Source of the DNA: Candidatus Moraniibacteriota bacterium
GTDB lineage: Bacteria; Patescibacteriota; Minisyncoccia; Moranbacterales; UBA1568
Assembly (NCBI GenBank): GCA_028711705.1
Contig: JAQTRS010000003.1
Location: forward strand, 27,818 to 91,817
Direction of reading: 5' to 3'
DNA: 64,000 nucleotides
Shown: positions 8,199-18,548 of the stretch, one piece after another
Numbering within the stretch: position 1 is the first letter of the stretch
Layout of the letters: every line of letters starts with the position of its first letter
The notes under the pieces: model-generated
The model's database searches: none
Told to the model about the DNA's origin: nothing
The model's input: the letters and a program-made list of their open reading frames with translations, nothing else
Translations under genes and position numbers: made by a program

Positions 8199-9452
8199 AT
8201 GCTCACTATCATCTCCCTTCTTTACCTTCTTCTTCCCTTCCAGATAGCGCTCAGCCCGTCCGCGTCTTTCGATGTGGCCTCGGTGCGGATCATCATCCCG
8301 CTGATCGTGATAACGTGGCTTATCAAAAGCCTGATTACCAAAAAACTCTGGGTGTCTTCGCGCATCCAGACGCCGCTTCTGCTATCATTCCTTTTTTTAA
8401 GCACGCTTTCACTTATCAGTGCGCAGGAAATTTCCTGGGGACTGCGCAAGCTCCTGTTCCTCCTTTCTTTTTTCCCGCTCTACTTTGTCCTCACCGCCAT
8501 CCTCGATACGCACGAAAAGGTTAGGAGCTTAATGAAATATGTCGTTTTGGGGTCCTTCGCCCTCGCCATAACCGGCATCGTCCAATTCCTCCTCCAATTC
8601 CTCTTCCCGCTAGGCGTCCTCTTCCGTTTTTGGACGAGCCACCTACTCCCTTTGTTTCTCGGCGACGCTTTCGCGCAATCCGTCGCAAATTATCCGAGTA
8701 TATTCGTCGATATCGGCGGCCACACCCTGATGCGTGCAGTAGCGATATTTCCGGATCCGCATATGCTTTCTTTTTATCTCGGAATGACGGCGCCGCTCGC
8801 CATCGGACTCGCGCTTACGCATTCTCATAAAAAATACTTTTTCTTTTTCATTGCGGCCGCCCTTCTTGTGGCGGACCTTCTGACATTCTCCCGCGGTGGA
8901 TATCTTGGTATAATCGGTGGATTACTTTTCCTCTTCATCCTTCAGTTCCGTACGTGGGCGCCGCGCACCAAAAAAACCACACTCGCATTGCTTATCGCGA
9001 GCGCCTTTGTCATATTTTCCAGCCCGATTGGCACTCGACTGATCTCAAGCTTCAATACGAAAGAGGGCTCCAATCAGGGACGGATCGAAATGTGGCGGGC
9101 CGCGACCGATATCATCAAAGAGTATCCATTTTTCGGTGTGGGTACCGGCAATTACTCCCTCGCCGTAAAACCCAGCGCAAGCTATCGCGACCCGATTTAT
9201 GCTCACAACCTTTTCCTGGATATCGCGGCCGAAACTGGCATTGCCAATGCATTGATTTTCCTCTCACTCATTCTTGTATCCCTCTTTTCACTCTACAAAA
9301 ATAGCCTCACGCAAAGATTCTATCTTTGGCCAGCCCTTTCCATTATCATCTTTACCGTCCATTCCCTCGTCGAAACCCCGCTCTACTCCGTGCACATCCT
9401 CCCACTTTTTATCTTCCTCATCGCTCTTAATACCATAAAAAACACCGACTGA
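8199..9452 (+). CDS. O-antigen ligase-like (Wzy_C) polytopic membrane protein
   Basis: 417 aa, multi-TM. Carries the ligase signature YAHNLFLDIAAETGI. Confidence 0.7.
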   Translation: MLTIISLLYLLLPFQIALSPSASFDVASVRIIIPLIVITWLIKSLITKKLWVSSRIQTPLLLSFLFLSTLSLISAQEISWGLRKLLFLLSFFPLYFVLTAILDTHEKVRSLMKYVVLGSFALAITGIVQFLLQFLFPLGVLFRFWTSHLLPLFLGDAFAQSVANYPSIFVDIGGHTLMRAVAIFPDPHMLSFYLGMTAPLAIGLALTHSHKKYFFFFIAAALLVADLLTFSRGGYLGIIGGLLFLFILQFRTWAPRTKKTTLALLIASAFVIFSSPIGTRLISSFNTKEGSNQGRIEMWRAATDIIKEYPFFGVGTGNYSLAVKPSASYRDPIYAHNLFLDIAAETGIANALIFLSLILVSLFSLYKNSLTQRFYLWPALSIIIFTVHSLVETPLYSVHILPLFIFLIALNTIKNTD

Positions 9453-9457
9453 AACTC

Positions 9458-9545
9458 AAAAAAGAATGTGCTTCGGATCTTGGGGAGTGGCTGTTTGGCG
9501 TACTCGGCAAGGCCGCGGAACAAGATCTGAAGCACATTCTCCCTA
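9458..9545. terminator. long hairpin / probable bidirectional terminator (20-bp arms AGAATGTGCTTCGGATCTTG / CAAGATCTGAAGCACATTCT, one mismatch)
   Basis: Read directly. Preceded by an A-run. Confidence 0.5.
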
Positions 9546-9597
9546 CTACATAATCTGCCTACCTCTTAAAACAAAAAAATGTTATCCTGAAGGCGCT

Positions 9598-10863
9598 ATG
9601 AAGTCACAAAAAATCCTTCACTATCTCCTCCTTGCCACTATCCTGACGCTCCCTTTTTCCGGAGTCCGCTTTTTCATACTCGGAGTACCGATTTGTATGC
9701 CGGAATTGATGGTTATTTTCGCTTCTGCGATGTTTGTGTATATAAAATGGCATACTGACACCTTCAGAATGCAAAAGCTCCCACGATCGATTGTAGCGTC
9801 AATTACAATGATTGTTATCGGATTGTTTTCATCTTCGATTTTCAATGGCCTATCAACCGTTTCGCTCGGCATCATCAAAAGCTGGTTCTTCTTTCCCATA
9901 CTCTTCGCCTGGCTTCTTTTCCAATCATTCCACCTGCGATCGAGCGGCGCCAAAAACCTTCCTGAAAAAATGTCTCCACTTCCGCAATACACGCTGCTCA
10001 TCTGGTATATAACCCTCTCACTCACATCCATCGCGGCGCTTTCCTTTTTTTTCCAAAACGACTTGACTTATGACGGACGACTGAGGGCCTTTTATCTCTC
10101 TCCGAACTATCTCGCCCTCTTCCTTTTCCCGGGGGTTTTGCTCGGGTGGCATTTCCTCATAAAGTACTGGGTGCAAAGAAAGCCTTGGCTCTTTGCCATC
10201 GCTCTCGCTTCGTGGATGATGCTATGCGCCACGCTCTATCTCACGCTTTCCTATACCGTCATCACCGCATCGCTCCTGGGTTTTTTCATCGCTTTATTCC
10301 TTGCATCCAACCGATCTTATTTCTCACGCATCACTCTTATCGCGCTCTTCGTCAGCTCCATCTCCTTTTTCCTGCTCTTTCAGATGCACGGGCAAAAATT
10401 CTCCGATCTTATCCACTTCAATGAACGCTCCTCTTTGGTATCGCGCATGATGATCTGGCAGTCATCGATAAAAATGATCGCCGATCATCCCATTATCGGT
10501 ATCGGTCCGGGCAATTTCCAGACGACCTACCTCGACTACCAGTCATATTTCCCACCCTACCTTGAATGGGCTGTGCCGCATCCGCATAATCTCTACCTTG
10601 CCTTTTGGCTGCAAACAGGCATCATCGGACTAATCGGATTCATATGCCTCAACATTTTCTGGATACACCATATTAGCAGCTACGTGACTCACGGTACGAA
10701 AAAAGTGCCCTTCGCGTGGACGCTTCTTGGCATACTCATAGCGCTACTCTGTATCGGGCTGCTCGACACGCCATATTGGAAGAACGATCTTGCCTACACC
10801 TTCTGGCTACTGATCGCTCTTGGTCTCTACAAACCTTCTTTGGAAAAGGACATCAAAGCTTGA
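9598..10863 (+). CDS. O-antigen ligase-like (Wzy_C) polytopic membrane protein, second paralog
   Basis: Signature HPHNLYLAFWLQTGIIGL. Start is set at MKSQKILHYLL, downstream of the hairpin. The track ORF starts at 9466. Confidence 0.7.
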   Translation: MKSQKILHYLLLATILTLPFSGVRFFILGVPICMPELMVIFASAMFVYIKWHTDTFRMQKLPRSIVASITMIVIGLFSSSIFNGLSTVSLGIIKSWFFFPILFAWLLFQSFHLRSSGAKNLPEKMSPLPQYTLLIWYITLSLTSIAALSFFFQNDLTYDGRLRAFYLSPNYLALFLFPGVLLGWHFLIKYWVQRKPWLFAIALASWMMLCATLYLTLSYTVITASLLGFFIALFLASNRSYFSRITLIALFVSSISFFLLFQMHGQKFSDLIHFNERSSLVSRMMIWQSSIKMIADHPIIGIGPGNFQTTYLDYQSYFPPYLEWAVPHPHNLYLAFWLQTGIIGLIGFICLNIFWIHHISSYVTHGTKKVPFAWTLLGILIALLCIGLLDTPYWKNDLAYTFWLLIALGLYKPSLEKDIKA

Positions 10864-11989
10864 TGCTATAGAGTTTTCCGTCGGCACGATTCAAGAATAT
10901 GAGCAACGACTCATCATCATTCACCATCATCGATGCGGCATCGTAGCTTTTGGATATCTCTTTGGTTTCCACGATACGGCTCTTTTCGCCCGTTTCCATA
11001 TTCACCTTCCAAAACGTATCCTGTGTCAAAAGCGGCTTGGAAAAATAATCATTCGGCAAAATCGCATCATCCGGAAGCGATCCAGGCAAAGCATAGTACA
11101 CCGAGTCGCTATTTTTCGCCCAGACCGTTTTGGAAACCAGTGTCGGAATCTGGAGATTCTGATACTGGGCACCCTGATTGAGCAAAATGCCGAGCGTCGT
11201 CAGCATTCCGCCTTTCTGATCCGTCGAGCTCATCAAAAGTTTTTGCCCATCCGGGGAAAAAACATACTCCGCCCCGAACTTCCCGGAAAAAAGCGTCTTC
11301 ACATCACCACCAATAAGTGAAACGCTTCGCAAAGATGTTTCCTCGAAAGCATTGCCCTGATTCCAGAAGGCGAGCAACGAACCCTGCGGCATTACCATGG
11401 CATTCATATTCACAAACGGGCTATCCCCGATTTTTTTCCACTCGGAGCCGTTGGGATTCGCGATATTCAAAGAGCGCTCTTTGGTTTTGACATCATAATA
11501 TTTGTACACGATATGGTCCCCCAAATTCGTCCAGATCGGCGTCTCCATATTATCCTTGAGCGGCGTTTCGGTTTTCGCAACGGTATCCACCAAATACCAT
11601 TTGGCGCTATCGGCGATCTTCATTTCAACCAAAGCCTGCGTATGAAGCGGCGACCACACGGCGCGAAGCGGTTCCCCGGAAAGAGTCATGATCCGTGCTA
11701 CGGATTCCGTATCCAAAGAAATTTTCTTTATTTCCCTGCCTTGTACTGTGAAATACACAACCTGATTCCCTTCCAGATCATATGTCGGACTCATTATTTT
11801 TTCCTCGGTCAAAGCCTTGATATGAGCCTCTTCCTTTGGGACTTCAGGCGTCGTATTTTTCACCTCGATAGTTTTCGAATCGTTCACGAATGGGCTATTG
11901 ACATTATTTCGGAACGCGAAATTATACACCGCAAGCAAAAGCAATGCGATACCTAATACGACAGAAGAGATGAAAAACAATTTTTTCAT
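10853..11989 (-). CDS. membrane-anchored periplasmic/extracellular beta-propeller protein (PD40/TolB-like repeats)
   Basis: N-terminal TM is SSVVLGIALLLLAVY. Contains SPDG-type repeats (YVFSPDGQKLL). First gene (3' end) of the minus-strand T4SS-like run. Confidence 0.45.
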   Translation of the reverse strand: MKKLFFISSVVLGIALLLLAVYNFAFRNNVNSPFVNDSKTIEVKNTTPEVPKEEAHIKALTEEKIMSPTYDLEGNQVVYFTVQGREIKKISLDTESVARIMTLSGEPLRAVWSPLHTQALVEMKIADSAKWYLVDTVAKTETPLKDNMETPIWTNLGDHIVYKYYDVKTKERSLNIANPNGSEWKKIGDSPFVNMNAMVMPQGSLLAFWNQGNAFEETSLRSVSLIGGDVKTLFSGKFGAEYVFSPDGQKLLMSSTDQKGGMLTTLGILLNQGAQYQNLQIPTLVSKTVWAKNSDSVYYALPGSLPDDAILPNDYFSKPLLTQDTFWKVNMETGEKSRIVETKEISKSYDAASMMVNDDESLLIFLNRADGKLYSIKL

Positions 11990-12022
11990 AGAAACATCAA
12001 TGAAAAAGAAATGAGCACGCCA

Positions 12023-12925
12023 TTAGAAACGGACATGAATATGGTCGGCCCCGACACAATCCGCCTTGTAATTCCCATTAACATCTTCGCAAAATGTTCC
12101 CGATCCGTTCGGATTATTAGGCAGGGCGCCCTTGAGGATAAACTGATCGCGAAGAGCAACGGAAGGAGGTGTGACATCAAAAGCATTGCCCGAATAATGC
12201 GCTGAGTTTGCAGCATGAGACCCTCCCGCGATACTGGTAATTTGGTAATTCCCATTCACGCTGCTGATGGCGGAAAGCATCGCTGCAGACGGTGTGACTT
12301 TTCCAGTGCAGGCAGCGCTCGTCGCATTGCAACCGCTGAAGCAAGCCGTCATAGACTGACCCTGCTTCGCTTCATTGATATTGGATTGGGGCGAAACGGC
12401 CGCACCGTTCGTATCCTTGCAATCCCCTCCATTGGCGAGTTTGCCATCAGCGATCTGGCTGGCAGCCTGTTGTGCTGAAGCAGACGGTACCGGAGCCGTG
12501 CCTCCGTTAACCGGCGTTGAGGATGTTCCGGTGCCGACACCGCTGAAATTAAGCGTGGTCAGATCCGGATTGATAGTGTTGACGATAAGCCATGCAGCCA
12601 ACCCGAGCGTCAACCCAATCAAGGCATCCTTGATGACGCCCTTCGCCGTGCTGGCCGATGAGGTATTTCCCGCACTCGTAAGGTACATGAATCCGCCGAC
12701 CGTCAGCATGAACATCGCCGAGATACCGATTATCCACAAAGCGAGCTGATAGACGGAACTCACATATTCAGGAAAGGTTTTATTGCCTTCGTATCCGGGA
12801 ATATTTTCCAATTGCTGGTACTGTGGCATCGATGCGGCATCGATAGCAAAAGCGTCTTGTCCTCCAAAAACGACTACCGCGATACCGATCGCAAACGCTA
12901 TCACATAAAGACGAGATGATTTCAT
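12023..12925 (-). CDS. membrane-anchored LAS/M15-type zinc peptidase (peptidoglycan DD/LD-peptidase-like) with a pilin-like N-terminal topology
   Basis: Signal peptide (AFA|ID). Two hydrophobic helices (LALWIIGISAMFMLTVGGFMYL and ALIGLTLGLAAWLIVN) as in TrbC/VirB2. The C-terminus has H-x6-D (SHAANSAHYSGNAFD) and HxH (ADHIHV) motifs. Confidence 0.5.
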   Translation of the reverse strand: MKSSRLYVIAFAIGIAVVVFGGQDAFAIDAASMPQYQQLENIPGYEGNKTFPEYVSSVYQLALWIIGISAMFMLTVGGFMYLTSAGNTSSASTAKGVIKDALIGLTLGLAAWLIVNTINPDLTTLNFSGVGTGTSSTPVNGGTAPVPSASAQQAASQIADGKLANGGDCKDTNGAAVSPQSNINEAKQGQSMTACFSGCNATSAACTGKVTPSAAMLSAISSVNGNYQITSIAGGSHAANSAHYSGNAFDVTPPSVALRDQFILKGALPNNPNGSGTFCEDVNGNYKADCVGADHIHVRF

Positions 12926-12954
12926 AAAAATATTCTTAGATACTCACACATATA

Positions 12955-15585
12955 TTACTGCACTTTTTTCTCCGGAATGAAAGAGAAGGTGATTCCTAGC
13001 GCCAACAAAATAAGGCCCATAGTCACCACCAATCTGAAAAAGAAGATCACTGAAGCAGGCACATACGAGATGATGCTGGCGAAAAACTTCTTTGAACTAT
13101 CCAAAGGCCCCGAGGCGAGCTGCCCGGTGTTTTGAATCATTTCAACCTGAACACTGCGTGACAGCTTCACGTCGACCACATCGGCTATAGAAACGCCCCA
13201 GATATCGAATAGGGCTTTTTTATTCTTCGCAGGCGGCACATATACACCGCTTAAAGAAACGGAGTAGACCATCCCTGGCACAGCCGCCGTATCGGAGACC
13301 TGAATCAAACCGGAAGCATCCGCCATCACCGAGGAGCCGTTCACGGACCAAGCGACATTGGCGCCGCTCTTCAATGAATTAGGATAGAACAATCCTTTCA
13401 AAGCAAACGATCCCCCAGAGAAAGATTCAAACATATCTTTGCTATAATTATCCGTTGTGGCGCCATTCGCATCCACGTACTGTCCAAGGTATTTCGGCCA
13501 CACATTGCCGGTATCTGAGGAGATGATAAGCACGGAAGGATCAACGACACGAAAAACCCTATTCAAAGTCAACGACTTCCCCGACAAAGGATTGGTCGCT
13601 GTCATAGCAATCGTATATGATTCACCGACATCGCCCGTCACGGGAAAATAATTCACCGTGCCGAATTCGGGCTTATTCGGATCGCAGGCATTTGAATTAG
13701 AGACGCTCAAGGAACATTTGAACGGCTTATTGTTGATCAGCCACGAAATATCGGATCCGCTATTCGCCGGGAAACCGAGCACATCAGCATCGAAATCCAG
13801 TCCAATAATCTGTCCTTTTACGACAGGACAGACGGCGCGATCCTCAACAGTATCTTCACACAGCAATCCCGTATCAGACGCCGACGCCGACGCGAATTTC
13901 AACTTCCAGTTCGCATCGACATCGACTGAGTGCGTCTGTATCTGAGCCTGCGACTGCACTATCTTCACCACCACAGAACTTCGCCCCACGCGCTTCTGAT
14001 TCGAATCGTAATTCTCTGTCGCCGTCACATTGATACGGAAATAACCTATAGCGTCCTCAAAGTACCGATCAAAAAAATCCTGACCATTGGCCTTGGTCCC
14101 CTCTTTGACATTTAAATTTATCTTCAACGAAGGCAAATCGCTTCCGGAAACGCTCGAGATGGCATGCGCGTCAATGAGTCCTTTGGTGATATCTTCCCAG
14201 GCCGTATCGTCCGTCTGCGACTTGCTGCTATTGGCATACACCTTCCATTCATAGGATATATTAGAGTCCTTAGTGGCTGAATTGATCAATACCGCATGCG
14301 TGGTCAAAAGATCGCCACGATTGTCAGGATTGTTCTGTGAAAAGGAATCTATGACCGGATTTTCGGGAGTAGCCGTCAACTGGATCTCGAACTTACCGGC
14401 TTGATTGCCGTTCGTTGGATCAACCAAGTTGTCCGCGATACAATCATTCAAATCTTGATCGGCTGTGGGAATCTGTGCGGTTCCCCCGTTATAGGGCGCA
14501 CCAGACATATACCTCCCTGTCGGCCGCGGCGTGCACTGATTCTTCGCGAAAGCCCATGTCACCTGCATGGATGAATCCTGATACTTCGTCGCATTCATCG
14601 ACAAACCCTCAATCACGACACCTACTTGATCCTTGGAAGCATAATTCCATGTGAATTTATCCTGACCCAAACCGACAACGTTGGCCTCATCCTTATTGCC
14701 ATTTTGTGCCGTGCTTGGATCCTTGGGATCCGTGTGCCAAAATTCCTCTTCACTATTTCCGAAAGCACCATCTCCTGTGGTATGACCGGGCGCATCAGGA
14801 AAAAGATGCTCGCAGCCGCTGCCGATCCAATCGCCATTCGTGTTGTAGTGTTCCAATTCGTAGTCCACGCCAGTCTCGAAATCATGGATATAGCAGTATC
14901 CGCTCGTACTCCTGTCACCACCGAATTGAGCCCTGTACTCGTCATTATCACCGCCGGGCTGGCCATAATTCACCTGATCGCCAGCAAAGCCGCCATTCGT
15001 AACCCGGCGCATAGCCTCTATCTTCCAGTCCTCGATGGTAATCTTATTGTTATTATCAAGATCGCATAATTTCTTTTCCAAAGCACTCAGGTTGCTTGTT
15101 TTCAGATCACACTCTTTGCGCTTGAGGTACCATGTGAAATACAGATTCTCCTTCTGGCTTGAGAAATATAGAGGGAAAGCCTGAGCGGTTATCTCCTGGC
15201 CGTTTTTTGGATCGGTAGGATTAAAAAAAAGATTCATCTGCGGCGCCATTTCCTTGTTTGGGGAGATGTTCATACCTTCACCAAGATTCTGTATAGAAAG
15301 CGGATTAAGGTGATAGCGCTTTTCGATGTCGTCTATGATGCTATTGGCCGAACCGGATCCGAATGTTCCTGCGCCGAACGCATCGGCTCCGAATGATCCG
15401 GGATTGAATGATCCGGAACTGCCAGAAAGACTCCCGATATCGAACAAGTCTGCATTGGCAGGTGTCGGACTCACGAAGGCGAAAATGATCTGGAAGAAAA
15501 TGATACTTACAGTTATTGTTTTGTAAAGATATTTTGTTTTTGTGGCCATGGCGTGTTTCATACAAATAGATGTTTTATACGACAC
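12955..15585 (-). CDS. large secreted/surface protein with C-terminal TM anchor (876 aa), function unknown
   Basis: N-terminal signal/TM. Gly/Ser/Phe-rich segment SGSFNPGSFGADAFGAGTFGSG. C-terminal hydrophobic anchor. No recognisable catalytic motif. Confidence 0.6.
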   Translation of the reverse strand: MSYKTSICMKHAMATKTKYLYKTITVSIIFFQIIFAFVSPTPANADLFDIGSLSGSSGSFNPGSFGADAFGAGTFGSGSANSIIDDIEKRYHLNPLSIQNLGEGMNISPNKEMAPQMNLFFNPTDPKNGQEITAQAFPLYFSSQKENLYFTWYLKRKECDLKTSNLSALEKKLCDLDNNNKITIEDWKIEAMRRVTNGGFAGDQVNYGQPGGDNDEYRAQFGGDRSTSGYCYIHDFETGVDYELEHYNTNGDWIGSGCEHLFPDAPGHTTGDGAFGNSEEEFWHTDPKDPSTAQNGNKDEANVVGLGQDKFTWNYASKDQVGVVIEGLSMNATKYQDSSMQVTWAFAKNQCTPRPTGRYMSGAPYNGGTAQIPTADQDLNDCIADNLVDPTNGNQAGKFEIQLTATPENPVIDSFSQNNPDNRGDLLTTHAVLINSATKDSNISYEWKVYANSSKSQTDDTAWEDITKGLIDAHAISSVSGSDLPSLKINLNVKEGTKANGQDFFDRYFEDAIGYFRINVTATENYDSNQKRVGRSSVVVKIVQSQAQIQTHSVDVDANWKLKFASASASDTGLLCEDTVEDRAVCPVVKGQIIGLDFDADVLGFPANSGSDISWLINNKPFKCSLSVSNSNACDPNKPEFGTVNYFPVTGDVGESYTIAMTATNPLSGKSLTLNRVFRVVDPSVLIISSDTGNVWPKYLGQYVDANGATTDNYSKDMFESFSGGSFALKGLFYPNSLKSGANVAWSVNGSSVMADASGLIQVSDTAAVPGMVYSVSLSGVYVPPAKNKKALFDIWGVSIADVVDVKLSRSVQVEMIQNTGQLASGPLDSSKKFFASIISYVPASVIFFFRLVVTMGLILLALGITFSFIPEKKVQ

Positions 15586-15612
15586 TCGTATTTTTTGGTC
15601 AGGTGCGTGTGT

Positions 15613-16257
15613 TTATTTTACAAAAAGAACCGCGCTTGCTATCCCAAGTATAGCAGAGATATATGAAAATAAAAACGAGTATACTATTGAGCGTGATTGC
15701 GCGACGAGAAATCCCGAAAAAACAGCCATGGCAATCGCGATAAGAAATAATATATCCACTTTTCCGTGCGAACCTGCCACTAAAAACAACATGAAGAGCA
15801 GTGTCTGCATCGCTATCGCCTTCATCCCCCCGAATTTTTCCCACACGAAGAATACGAAACCTCGGAAGAAGAATTCGAAAATAAAGATATATACCCCGGT
15901 CACGAATAGGTAGAGGAGGAACATAAGGAAGCTCACGCGTATCGACAATGGCACCGCGAATCGGGCAAGGATATCCGTATAGTGGATCACCGCGGCCAGG
16001 CCTGCGACAATTCCCGAAAGCAGCACGATCATCCACAAGCTGCCTCGCAGCATCTTACCCAAAGAAAAACCGTATTCAGAAAGATCTCCTTTAAGGAGAA
16101 ACTTGACAAAGAATATCGGGAGAATGACCAGAAACACGCTGTCAGAAATGAGTGATTGAATAGCATTCTCGGTCGGGAAAAACGCCGCGGCCAACAAGCT
16201 AGCTACGATAATCGCATTACTCATCCAAAATTGCTTATTGTGTATCGACAGAGTCAT
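15613..16257 (-). CDS. polytopic membrane protein, possibly a CPBP/Abi-family intramembrane protease
   Basis: 214 aa, ~6 TM. Has an ExxxR-like motif (FEFFFRG) and candidate His residues. The motif match is weak. Confidence 0.35.
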   Translation of the reverse strand: MTLSIHNKQFWMSNAIIVASLLAAAFFPTENAIQSLISDSVFLVILPIFFVKFLLKGDLSEYGFSLGKMLRGSLWMIVLLSGIVAGLAAVIHYTDILARFAVPLSIRVSFLMFLLYLFVTGVYIFIFEFFFRGFVFFVWEKFGGMKAIAMQTLLFMLFLVAGSHGKVDILFLIAIAMAVFSGFLVAQSRSIVYSFLFSYISAILGIASAVLFVK

Positions 16258-16268
16258 TTCTTTGTATG

Positions 16269-16691
16269 TTAAGCCTCCAATTCAACGCGACTCTTACTTG
16301 CCTTCTTATCTATAAAATAAATGAATAAGACTGTCATGGTTTCTATGGGGAGCATATTGATTCCGATAAGCACACCTTCTGTCAGTGTTCCGATAAGCAA
16401 TATCAGGCTTTTTTTTGCGAGCGAGTATCGCTGGCCAGACCCACTCAGCATCAGCAAGAAAAAGATGAGGATGGAAAAGCAGAGCGTGATGATCGTCCCA
16501 AGCCCAGGAAGCGATCCTATGAATACCAAGTCAAGCAGATCTTTAAGGATGGCCACACAGAGCGCTGGCATATAGGAAAAGAAGGATACCGGCCGACCCG
16601 AGACTACCTGCCCTTTCGTGAGATGCCCCTGCGATTGCCTCCTGGCCTCGCGCTGGGTCGCCTTAAGCTTTTCATTCCATGTCGCATCCAT
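16269..16691 (-). CDS. small membrane protein (2-3 TM), T4SS-associated by position
   Basis: 140-aa hydrophobic ORF immediately downstream of the VirB4 ATPase gene. Confidence 0.45.
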   Translation of the reverse strand: MDATWNEKLKATQREARRQSQGHLTKGQVVSGRPVSFFSYMPALCVAILKDLLDLVFIGSLPGLGTIITLCFSILIFFLLMLSGSGQRYSLAKKSLILLIGTLTEGVLIGINMLPIETMTVLFIYFIDKKASKSRVELEA

Positions 16692-16694
16692 AGA

Positions 16695-18512
16695 TTAGCT
16701 GTTTTCATTCTCTTGATCAAAATCACGCTTCGCCTGTTCGATTTCCAAGAGCTGCCGCGGATCCGAAGTGATGATCTGATCCTCGCTATAGGACGCGATA
16801 ATTTTGATCGCCACATGCTTGGTGCCTGCAAAAAAGATCCCTTCCCCGACATTGCTTTCCAAAAGCAGGAACTTTTCATGATCGGTAAGATAGAAGGTTT
16901 CCGCGATCAGCTCGATAGACGCCGGGGATTGGCGTAGCAAAAGCTGCAGCGATGAGTTGGTCAGGATGGGTTTCCCATAGCGCGAGTGCATGAAATCACC
17001 AATATCCTGCGTAATCGTCGTCAGTCCCGTATAGTATTTGCGGCAGCGCTTGGCGATGCCATAGAGAAACGAAGCCGCATCCTCATGCTGCATCATCACC
17101 CACGCCTCATCCACGACGACGATGCGTTTCTTGAGCTCTGAGCGCATCTCATTCCAGATGAACTGCAGGATGATGTACATGGCGATAGGACGAAGCTCCT
17201 CCTCCAAATCACGGATATTGAAGACCACCAGCTGTTCCCGCAAGGACACATTCGTATGGCTGCTCAAAAAGCCCGCGAAGATGCCTTCGGTATACTTCTC
17301 AAGACGGGCTGCCAAAGACTCGGCGCCTTCCATATTCTTCAATACCTCATACAGGTCCACCATAGTAGGGAAGGCGTTGGATGGTATGTCTTTGAAGCGT
17401 CCCGTCGGTGTTATATCGCGGATAGCATAGGTTTCCCGTAAGGCGCGATCCAAAATCGAGTCTTCTTCCGGTGTCAGGTTGCCAAGCATCAGGTGGATCA
17501 AACCGATAAGGCCGGCAATAGTGTTTCGGAGCACCGCCGTCAGATCCTCGTCCTCGCCAACGCGCGGCAAATCGAACGGATTGAGGTGAAAACTCGTGCT
17601 CAGGTTGATGTCGATAAACGATCCGCCGACCATCTCGCACAAGTGACGGTACTCGTTTTCCGGATCGATAATGATCACGCCCGTGCCGAGCATCATCGAA
17701 CGCAGCACCTCAAGCTTCACGGTATAACTTTTTCCGGCACCGGATTTTGCGAACACCACCATATTGGCATTTTCCAATTTGAACCTATCGAATAGGATAA
17801 GACTATTATTGTGGCGATTGATACCATACAAGATGCCCTCATTTGAGGAAAGATCAGCGGAAACGAAGGGGAAGGTAGTGGAAAGCGGTGCGGTATTGAG
17901 ATTGTTGGCGATATCCAACACATCGGTCACGAGCGGACGGGTCGAAACGAATCCCTGCTCCATGCGCAGCACGGCCGGCTTGATATAGACCAGCTGCGAT
18001 TCCAGGATCGCCTCCACAGCCTGACTCATCCGATTGAGCTCATCTAGAGTTTGCGCGTACAATGTGATATATAGGCCAAAGCGGAAGAATTTTTCCGTCC
18101 CCTGCTGCAATTTATCCCGCAATTCTTCGATATCAGTAAGCGCTGTTTCAAGTATCGGATCACGCACTTTTCCACCTTCCTCCTCGATATGGATCTGCGA
18201 CTGCACCTGGGTCACGGATTTTCGCAGGTTTTTCAATATTTCCCGGGTATCGATCGGATGGATCATCATGGCAATATCCAAGGGAAAGTCCAGGTTAACG
18301 ATAGGCGAGAACCAATTCGTATTCAAATAGCGGGGATAGGCGACCACGAAATGCGTGCGTGCTATCGTTTCCCCCACCTGCATATAATTGGAACTGAGCT
18401 TGATCGCCGACGGAGCGATAAGGTCACGTATCGTCGCGATGCCTTTTTGATACAGTTCCTCACTTGCCAAAAATTCATCGGTAGTTATTTTATTTTTTGA
18501 AAAAAATGCCAT
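16695..18512 (-). CDS. VirB4/TrbE/CagE-family type IV secretion ATPase (ATPase domain)
   Basis: Walker A is FAKSGAGKSY. Walker B is IVVVDEAW. ~600 aa with the usual conjugative-ATPase layout. Confidence 0.85.
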   Translation of the reverse strand: MAFFSKNKITTDEFLASEELYQKGIATIRDLIAPSAIKLSSNYMQVGETIARTHFVVAYPRYLNTNWFSPIVNLDFPLDIAMMIHPIDTREILKNLRKSVTQVQSQIHIEEEGGKVRDPILETALTDIEELRDKLQQGTEKFFRFGLYITLYAQTLDELNRMSQAVEAILESQLVYIKPAVLRMEQGFVSTRPLVTDVLDIANNLNTAPLSTTFPFVSADLSSNEGILYGINRHNNSLILFDRFKLENANMVVFAKSGAGKSYTVKLEVLRSMMLGTGVIIIDPENEYRHLCEMVGGSFIDINLSTSFHLNPFDLPRVGEDEDLTAVLRNTIAGLIGLIHLMLGNLTPEEDSILDRALRETYAIRDITPTGRFKDIPSNAFPTMVDLYEVLKNMEGAESLAARLEKYTEGIFAGFLSSHTNVSLREQLVVFNIRDLEEELRPIAMYIILQFIWNEMRSELKKRIVVVDEAWVMMQHEDAASFLYGIAKRCRKYYTGLTTITQDIGDFMHSRYGKPILTNSSLQLLLRQSPASIELIAETFYLTDHEKFLLLESNVGEGIFFAGTKHVAIKIIASYSEDQIITSDPRQLLEIEQAKRDFDQENENS

Positions 18513-18548
18513 ACTGTGATTCTCTTGTTATATATTCACACCCCCATA

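Noticed and set aside
9466-9597. N-terminal extension of the second O-antigen-ligase-like ORF
   Set aside because: The extension covers the 20-bp-arm hairpin/terminator. A downstream ATG (MKSQKIL) gives a sensible membrane-protein N-terminus.
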